A stretch of DNA of 56,637 nt, counting the filler, from Sphacelaria rigidula (Eukaryota): the NCBI GenBank assembly GCA_964200075.2. It is 7 parts of 7 records of this genome, joined end to end, with 100 filler letters (N's around TTAATTAATTAA, not from the genome) between each part and the next. Parts side by side here need not be neighbours in the genome. Positions count along the whole stretch, not along the records: positions 40,528 to 48,532 come from CAXNAA020012679.1; positions 48,633 to 56,637 come from CAXNAA020012680.1; 5 more parts are not named here. The stretch is one strand, 5' to 3'. Under the pieces are notes generated by a model that was not told the origin of the DNA, did not search any database, and was given only the letters and a program-made list of their open reading frames with translations. Both the position numbers and the translations under genes were made by a program. Below, piece by piece: positions 48,059-56,637 of this stretch. Every line of letters starts with the position of its first letter. Position 1 is the stretch's first letter.

Positions 48059-49828
48059 CTGGAGACGGTGATGGGATGGAAGGATGAAATCGAACAATGC
48101 CCACAAGGGAAGACGATGATTACCGTTTTACTGGCGGTTTGCTTACACATATCGTTAGTTGGACGCTCTGTGCACAGAGAAATCGCAAACAACAGTAAGT
48201 AGCGTCACCGAATAAGAAATATGCCGTGTCTCGCTTGATCGAGCAAGATTGTCGCAACTGGTGGTGAACTGTACCAGAAGCCCTGGGCGAATTGGGGAGC
48301 ATGAAACATACTACTATGCGGCTCAACCTGAATTACTTAAGTAGTGCAGACATTCGAGGGTTGTGCTCGAGTGCCTCCTTACCGCTGGGCACATTACTAG
48401 TGCGTAGTATCAAGAGCATACTGTTGAATAGGTCACCAGCATTCTCTCATGGGGAGTTTCTCCCATGGGGGGTTTCTCCTATGGGGGGGGGGTTGTACTC
48501 ATGATCATGCTTGCCACAGTCGTATGACCATTNNNNNNNNNNNNNNNNNNNNNNNNNNNNNNNNNNNNNNNNNNNNTTAATTAATTAANNNNNNNNNNNN
48601 NNNNNNNNNNNNNNNNNNNNNNNNNNNNNNNNCGAAAGGTGTAGACTGGTGCCCAGAATAAATGGGACGACAACACAACAACACAAACACTCACCACCCA
48701 ACAACATCTCACCCGGCATAGCACACCGTACATGGCAAAAAAAAACAAGGGTCCGTTGATCTCGTGTCTCCGTCCGTACTCATGTTTTGTACTTACCACC
48801 CCAAAACACCCCACCCAGCAATACACACCGTACATACGTAGCAATAAAAACAGGGGTCCGGTGAACTTGTGCCTTCGTACTCATGTTCTTCTGTTCTCAA
48901 ATATGAACCCGCCGACCTGTGTGGTGCTTACGCTGCTACTGCTGTAGAGAAATACTCCTGCCTGCTATCCGCGTACAGCAGCGCAGGCCATCGGGCCGGT
49001 GGACAGTGTTCATACCAAAAAGATCGACCACGGATATTCCTTTCCTCAGCCTGCCAACCACGGTGAGGATATCGACACTCCCGCTACACGACGGAATTGT
49101 GATGATGAGGGCTACCTTGTGCAACAATGACCACAGAGACCCCTCCCCCCACACACACCCACAACAGCTTCCATGTATATCTGCTTCTGAGAACTACAGA
49201 AAAACACACGACGGCTCGACCATATTTCAAGCTATTTCTTCGCGAGAACCGAAAGCCCCCCAAACTGGACGACAGGAGCACGATGATGCTCACGAGGCGG
49301 CTGGCTTATTGTACCCCTTCTTCCGTCCCAGTTCCTCAAGAACGGGAGAAAAGTTGCGCTTAGAAAGGAAGCGGTGATGGCCCAAATGAGCAAAACCTCC
49401 ACGGCTCCTCCGTGCCTCACGTCTTCACCTCGTCTGTCCAGTAGCGACGTCTGTACACAAAAGTCTTTTCAGTATAAATAGGTAACAAAATTCTGGCGCT
49501 CGTCTCGACCTGGCGATGCGTCGAAAGAAGAGGTAGCAGTCGCCCTATCCCTCCTCGCTCCATTTCATGACTACATAATATCACGACAGTACGACCAGAA
49601 TCGGAACCGACGATCATTTGCTGGAAATTCAGCCTCGGATCAAGCCAAACTCGCTCAAACCACTTCGTCAAAAATCCGTGAAAAACATGCGAAAACGACG
49701 GAAAAGCTGACTACATTTTCTCCACCCCTTGTGGTTCACGTACGGTGAAAAATTATTATCAACATGGTTATTTTCGAGGGAAATACATCCGACAATCCTT
49801 GTTCCACGTTTGCGTAATTTTTCAAATA

Positions 49829-50610
49829 TTACTGCATTGCCATCCCCTCCTCTACACCTTTCTTCTTCTGCTCAGTGCCGAAGTACACAGTGATGAGGAA
49901 AGCACACGGCACGAAAACACCGAAGACGGTCGCGAGCGTCGCCGTTCCGCTGTCAGCGATGAGCTCGGTGGGAAGCTGCGTCGCGAGGCTGCTGGATTGG
50001 TCCGCCGCACGAGCGGCGATTGGTGCAAATACGGACGTGGCGACGGCCAGAGCCGCTGCGGGTGCCCTCATCACTGGTGCTGGCGCGGGTGCCCTCATCG
50101 CTGGTGCGGGTGCCCTCATCGCTGGTGCTGGTGCGGGTGCCTTCATTGCTGGTGCTGGTGCGGGTGCCCTCATCGCTGGTGCTGGTGCGGGTGCCCTCAT
50201 CGCTGGTGCTGGCGCGGGTGCCTTCATTGCTGGTGCTGGCGCGGGTGCCTTCATTGCTGGTGCTGGTGCGGGTGCCTTCATCACTGGTGCTGGTGCCTTC
50301 ATCGCTGGTGCTGGCGCGGGTGCCCTCATCGCCGGTGCTGGCGCGGGTGCCCTCATCGCTGGTGCTGGCGCGGGTGCCTTCATTGCTGGTGCTGGTGCGG
50401 GTGCCTTCATTGCTGGTGCTGGCGCGGGTGCCTTCATTGCTGGTGCTGGTGCGGGTGCCTACATCGCTGGTGCTGGTGCGGGTGCCTTCATCGCTGGTGC
50501 TAGCGCGGGTGCCTTCATCGCTGGTGCTGGCGCGGGTGCCCTCATCGCTGGTGCCGGTGCTGGTGCCTTCATCTTAATAGCTGACGACGTCGTCGATGCC
50601 GATACTGTTC
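49829..50610 (-). CDS. psbM: Nuclear-encoded PsbM-like photosystem II subunit precursor (3' exon), with expanded repeat and one in-frame TAG at 50459-50461 (possible pseudogene or assembly error)
   Basis: C-terminal ATLATVFGVFVPCAFLITVYFGTEQKKKG resembles the PsbM helix ([21 protein letters not shown]). It is preceded by a thylakoid-signal-like AAALAVATSVFAPIAARA with an AxA site and a Ser/Thr-rich transit-like GTVSASTTSSAIKM. AG acceptor at 50611-50612. The signal-peptide exon was not found. Confidence 0.72.
50058..50573 (-). repeat. 27-bp coding tandem repeat, ~20 units (M[K/R]APAPAPA), two shortened to 21 bp
   Basis: Direct count of ATG-led units. All length variants are multiples of 3. 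Confidence 0.97.
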
Positions 50611-52508
50611 CTGCTTTTGCACAATTCGGGTCAAGTCGGGATTCAAAGAGTGCTGTTGTTGGGGGCCGGCATTGTGAGCATTATATGATCCGCCTTTGAT
50701 GGCCGTGTCACGAGTTTTGTCGTTGAGAGGGACCAGCTTCAACGGGAATCAATGTTAGGTTCGTCCTAAACTTTCACGGCAAGCTGACCATTGCCAAAAG
50801 CGAAATCGATGCACAGCATAAATATAGGGTTCTCGTCCGGACAACAAGAGAGAGTTACTGGGCAAACTAAAACACAATCTTGCGGTGTTTCAAACAGGGT
50901 GATGGCGAAGACCCACGTGATGAAAATCGTGGGAAAATGAGACCCTCGATTCGAGCAGTTTCCGATACAGTATCAACATCAGTAGGTTAGATGAAATATC
51001 ACGTTGTTCAAGGGTGAAAATATAGATGTACTCGATGCGACACCCCAGTCGATCGACAAAGACCAAGCGTGGACGCGTTGTTCTTTAGTTTTGTGCTGGG
51101 CACTATGGTGGGGTGCTCGTGCTTGATTAAAAACCACGCGGCGTAACACTTGTCAGATGACCCCAAGCCTCATAGTGAAAGCCTTGCCAGCCTGAAAAGG
51201 GCATGGCGGTTGCAGACTCATTGTCACCTCAACTCTGAGAGTTTGGAATCGCAAGGGCATGATGAGTGAAGGTTGGTGCATTTAAGATGTTTCCTCGTTT
51301 TGAGAGCAAACAAAAACCAGGTTTCACTAAACGTTCCGGAGTCATGAAAAATTCAACGCGGTCGGGTGCTTGTACTGAATTTGTATCCATACGCCATTAT
51401 ACTGTTGAATGACCACAATCAACATAGAGCAAGTCGGGTGAGGCTAGAACCGAACCTGTAGGTTGCAGGTCCATTTTCACCTCGACTTCGAGATAAGGGA
51501 TTTTCAATTTGGAATGGGGCATCGCTAGGGCTGTTGAACAAGAGACGTGACGGCGTTGAGAATGTCTCACCCCTCGAGGGCAAAAAAAATACTAAACGTT
51601 CGGAAGTCATGAATCTCAATGACCAACCCTTTTTTTCATCACGCCCTAGCGATTCTCGCACATGCCCTCGCAATTTCCCGTGATAATTCCGAAAAATGAC
51701 CCCAGAAACGAAGTTTGAGGGTCGAGCAAGTTTACGCCCGTGTGAACCACCATACCGAATCAACATTAGGGCATGACTTGGAACAAACGCACAATCAACG
51801 AGAAAAGTTGGCCGAGGCTGTTTAGCACATGGGTATCTTCCTTTTGATGAGGTGTGCTCATCACGGACCAAGTCGTTTGGGTCGATAAAATATGGCCGAG
51901 AGAGCTCAACTCCAGTTTCATGGCTTGCGCAGCTCGACGATACTTTTCCATCATCCCGGATACTTATCAGATGAAACGCGTTTCATTCGTTCTGTCCCTC
52001 GGACCCTTTGCTTCGTGTTTTGTGTGTGTCCCGCTCCCGTCATGTCGGGTCATGTTCGGTACCTGGCGACAACGCAACAAGTACCAGGGCGTGGCATTGT
52101 CCGACAAGTCATGACTGAAGAATGTCAAACCTGCCTCAGACCTCAGCGATTTCCACTGGAGCGGGCCGAAGCGGGTTCCAGGGATCGAACAGCTTTCGGC
52201 GCATTAGCCACTATGCACACTCCGCATCCAAGAGCTCGAAGCAGTTGGATGAGGTTAACATGCTCAAAAAGACAAGACACGAACCACCGTAGCCGAAGCA
52301 AGAGACAACAGAAGAAATAGTCGGGAATGTAGGCAGTCCATCTATTCTCCCTGTAGGCTATCGCAGTGGGGTCGTGTCCTTTCACAAAATTTCGAGTCGT
52401 GACCGTGCGGTGGAATCGAATTGATCGTACACAGGTTGTATCTGATACGTCCACGACGTTTTTTGTCAGATGGCTCCCAAGTCTTCTCAATAGCTAGAAG
52501 TATCTCAA

Positions 52509-52693
52509 ACTCGGCGCCCGGTATCCTGGTTTGTTTTGTATTTTTTTTTCAAGTGAAAGTGATGGCGATTCATCAGATTATGAGACCCTTCGACCGCCAG
52601 GTCAGGTCCTCATGTGAATCGCGATCACTTTCACTTGAAAATACAATACACAAGCCAGAGCCAGCGAATAAACCAGGACACCGGAAGCCGAGT
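52509..52693. repeat. Imperfect foldback
   Basis: actcggcgcccggtatcctggttt...ttttcaagtgaaagtgatggcgattca pairs with tgaatcgcgatcactttcacttgaaaa...aaaccaggacaccggaagccgagt. Confidence 0.75.
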
Positions 52694-53859
52694 ACCTCTA
52701 ATAATTATCTGCGCTTGACGTACGATAAAAAAACTGAAAAGCTTGGCTTCTTCGATCGAGAAAAGACGGTGGAAAAGCTTGAAGAGGCGTTTGACTCGCG
52801 TCCTGCCGAGAAATCATGCCCGATACCACTATTTCACAGGATCATGCGAACCCCACACGGTTTGGTCACACCACCGATCTATCGCCACCACGTACATGAC
52901 TCGAGCACGGGATACAAACGAGTGGTAGGGAAAAGACACATGGCACTACGTGCTCATTTTTTGTTGGTGGAAACTCGGGCATCTGATTCTCTGACGCGGA
53001 GTCCAGCGATGGAACTGCGCCGGCGACCGAATTGCGTACACGCTTGTAGACAGTAAAGACGGGACAAATCTGCACGTTCGAATATTATTCACGTTCTCCC
53101 AGCTACAGACAGCCCTGTGCGATCTATACTTCATATTGCCCGATTATTTTTCACATCCCTGCATGCTGTACGAAAGACGCTCGTGTACGCAGTTACAGAG
53201 AGCGCAGTACCGTCTATACTGATTACAAGTGAACCAAGTACCACTCCGCCTATTCCACCGTCACTCTATCGAAAGCGTGTAAATTCACTTCGACCCTAAC
53301 ATGGTCAAACAAGCGGTTTCAATTTCGCCGCATCAACTTGTTCGAGTCCAAAATATGTGAACCCTTAGACAGCGACCCCCCCGCTGGTAGACTGAGGTAG
53401 ACACTACAATTTTTGGGTTCAGAATCATTCCGTTGTCACAACTCGAAACGTCTACTCTACGGCCGAAGGGACCGGGAGTGCGTAAGAGGCACATAGTTGT
53501 GAGAGAGTCATAACACAGACGGTGGTGTAGTAGTCAAACACCCGGATATTACGCCTCATATTTTTACTGTACAGTCTGCAGCGTACTGGGTCTTACAGTG
53601 TTTCACGCGCCGAGTGTACGCGGCGTGCGTCTGGAAATCGTACCACGACTACCGCCGCGAACGCCCCTGACCACCATAGAGCAAGTGCTCGGCGATGGCG
53701 GTCGCCTCACCGTCAAGTACTTGTCTACATCTACGTTCGTAGGATACTCGTGGCCGCCGCTCGTGTGTTGCGCCATGACGCTATATACAAGATGGGGGTG
53801 TGGAGCTAGTAGCATGCTCAGGCGGTACTGAACACAGACACCAGCTTTGTTATATAATC

Positions 53860-54924
53860 CAGGGATGTGTACGGAGGACAATCCGCTCCGCGGTACGTTT
53901 TTTTTTCGAAAACTCACGGAGCGGCGCGGCTATCCGTTTGTGTGTAAAATTACGGATCATGACGGAGCGGATATCCGTCAATGAAAATGTCACGGGTATT
54001 GCGGAGCGGATATCCGCCAACGAAATTGTCACGGTGCGGTGCGGATTTTTCGAATGTGGTACGGACCGGATATCCGCCAGTGGGAAAAGTCACGCATTTT
54101 CACGGAGCGGATATCCGCCCGCTACAAATGCACGGATTATTGTGTAGCGGATATCCATGACATTGATTCTTTCACAGAGCGGTCGCCCTCCGTGGAACGA
54201 ACCGCACGAACCGCGGCAGTTCCACGCGGTGCACCGTGGCAGTAACCCGTGTACCGATACGGTTATCCGCGAAAAATGTAAGGATGTGCGCGGATGAGTA
54301 CCAAAAATACGAAAGGAGTTGTTTTGCTTTGACTTTCAGGTGCTGGACAGGGGGGACGGCGGATTGAATTGCGCACATATATATAAGCTCGAATTCCTGG
54401 AGAGAATAATGAGCAGTACACATTTGAATTTCCTACAAGACAGGGTGACGGGGGGCGGGGTGGGAGACGCGCAACAGCAGCAGCGCTTGACGCAGGACTA
54501 AGGCTATCCACCACAAGAAAAAGCATGGAATACATTCCTCCAGAATGACGTCCATAGCAGCACAGTAGCTCTCAACTGAATGGGAGATTTTGTTGTTAGA
54601 TATCCGTAAGTAATGCCACGGAGGACGCACGGATCACCTACGGAGTGGATAAAACCGCACCGTGGAAACCCGCGTTTCACGGTTCCAACGGCGCAGCTGT
54701 AATCTTTACGGAGCGGAGCGTTTTTTTCAATTGTCACGGAGTGGAGCGGATATCCGTACATGAAAAAATTCACGGATTATTGCGGAGCGGATATCCGTCG
54801 ACGAAAATGTCACGGTGCGGAGCGGATATCCGCCCCCTACAAGTGCCACGGAGCGGTGCGGATTGACAAAGCGCACCGTAATAATCCGCTCCGTGGATTT
54901 ATTCTTCATCCGTGCACATCCTTG
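53860..54924. mobile_element. Non-autonomous hAT-like DNA transposon (1065 bp)
   Basis: Exact 8-bp TSD atataatc (53852-53859 and 54925-54932). TIR cagggatgtgtacgga vs caaggatgtgcacgga (Ac-like CAGGGATG start). Many subterminal CGGAGCGGATATCCG repeats at both ends. Confidence 0.92.
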
Positions 54925-55347
54925 ATATAATCTATGGTTGATATGGGATTGTCAAGATCTTCGATTCTGTGTTCGAGAAGAATCGAGCTTTTGTGCAGAA
55001 GCTTATGGGAATTTTCCAGATCTGAATTGCGGTTTGAGTATCTTGAAGTTATTTTGGAAAAGACGTGATGTGATCGAGTGCGTGAGTCAGTTCCGAGCCT
55101 CAGCTCCATTGTGTAGGAAGCAGCCGAGATACAAGGGCAAGTGCAAGTACGATTAAGCGACAAAAGTGGTGAGGTATGGAGTGATGACCCCGAATGTGCG
55201 AGTTACGGGATACGAGCGTCGCGACTATCAGCGAGTTACAACATTTCGAACCGCTGCTGAAGTTCGTGCGTCCCGAGTGTTTCCGAATTTCTTGTTTGCA
55301 GTTCTCACGGCTCCCACCAACATGCGGCGAGGGTAGACGGCGAATGC

Positions 55348-55425
55348 GTCCACCAGGTGTCTACCTCTACCGGAACAAAAGTGCTCATTTCGACGACTGT
55401 GATTGGTCAGAATGGTCATCCCACG
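55348..55425 (+). repeat. Dispersed repeat shared with contig 3 (~18535-18610, minus strand)
   Basis: ggaacaaaagtgctcatttcga...attggtcagaatggtca matches the reverse complement of 18539-18584. Confidence 0.6.
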
Positions 55426-56637
55426 CCTCTCGGGCCTCGTGCACGGATCATAACTTTTCGCAAGAAACTTCCAAATACACATGGTTGACTCTGTGAGCTC
55501 CCCCTATTCTCCGCGGAGAGACGCCCCCCCCTCAAAAACCACCTCCCCCCGAGCCCTGGAAACCCCCGGATGTCTCGGGACTGTCAGCCTGTACAACTAT
55601 TCCGAGGCGACGCTCGTCGTCCAATGATTAACCAGACACCTCGTGAGTCCTCACTTAGTTGCGTGTAAAACGCACGTCTAAATTTTCAGCTCAACCCTAT
55701 GGGAACCCTTCCCTCCCGTCCTCAGGCTAGACGCCTCATTATTTCCAAGCCGACGAGAGAATGAGAGGTGTAAAGAGAAAAGACCGACGGCAGCATTTCC
55801 ACGGCGGAGGGCTACAGAAGAATCCACCAACATACCTCATGCGAGCTTCAACAATGTCACCTCGATGCAGTCAAAAAATTCTTGCACGGTTAGGACAAAT
55901 CATCACGACTCAAAATCAACAATTTACGATTTCTTCTGCCTGATTTTGGCTTCGTGCATAAACTCGAACAAACTCACGAGTTGGCACCAGCCGTCCATTG
56001 TCTCTAGACTCGAGCATTTTCTCTAGACTGAGTCCCGTGCGGCACTGGGGCACCTCTAATCGAGTATACTTACGCTCAAGGATTGTAACAGTTAACCTGC
56101 CTGGATGCAAGGGATATTGATATTGAGATTGGATCATGACTTACGGCTTCATGACCCCCGCCCACTACATACGTGTTAACTGTACACCGCAAGTCATCGG
56201 CATAAGGATAAGCAGAATTCATGACGGTAGCTCCTTTTGTCTTTCCAGGGCCCACCTGGGTTTAGTGCCTTGTGAAAATGACCACATTGTAGCATGTACA
56301 CTCCTTCCCGATTTTTTCTGGTCCACCCTGTGGTAGTATCAAGTACTGCATTTCAGTAAAGAATTGGGACCCAAAAAACACTCCGGAAAAACTCGGGAAC
56401 GCTATACTAGGTGGGCTTATCCGGGCTGGGGATGGGGCCTCCACACGATCTTTGCAGTGACATCGCACTAGACTACAATTTCCGCGATGGTCGTTCGGGT
56501 CTGGTCGATAAACTTCGCCTCGCCGTGGTTGGGCAGGTCACTCGAAGGCTTTTTTCAATAATTTCACGGAAAGCTACGAGCTGGGCCAGCCTAGAGGCTG
56601 CATGAACGTTTGCAGGCGGATGCGCCGGCCAATACTT

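Noticed and set aside
49745-50699. Plus-strand silk-like (GAGAGA) and Cys/Trp-rich ORFs
   Set aside because: Antisense shadows of the 27-bp repeat. Only the minus frame leads into a recognisable domain.
51419-53134. Several 100-200-aa ORFs searched for the missing PsbM signal-peptide exon
   Set aside because: None shows a hydrophobic signal with an ASAF-type motif and a suitable donor.

Overview
This is eukaryotic nuclear DNA, most likely from a brown alga or related photosynthetic stramenopile. That assignment is an inference from the nuclear PsbM-like precursor, GT-AG intron style, ~50% GC and repeat content. The window is not one locus. It is seven unlinked ~8.0 kb contigs (1-8006, 8107-16112, 16213-24217, 24318-32322, 32423-40427, 40528-48532, 48633-56637) joined by artificial 100-nt N44-TTAATTAATTAA-N44 spacers. 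Supported genes, all partial: the last two exons of a RUS/DUF647 gene, two internal exons of a D-lactate-dehydrogenase-like gene, three 3' exons of a WD40 protein, a nuclear PsbM-like gene whose presequence region carries ~20 ATG-led 27-bp repeats and one in-frame TAG, and a two-exon low-complexity hypothetical protein. Contig 5 is a decayed Copia element fused tail-to-tail with a probable Gypsy fragment. The rest is dense in small non-autonomous DNA transposons and foldbacks: TTAA/CCC piggyBac-like MITEs with a matching empty site, a hAT-like element with an exact 8-bp TSD, CACAC-ended elements, and a 2.6-kb nested palindromic element. There is also a tRNA-like A/B-box repeat capped by a long hairpin. 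I see no CRISPR array, rRNA or intact tRNA, and no clear novel multi-gene system. All protein identifications are by eye from motifs; no searches were run.
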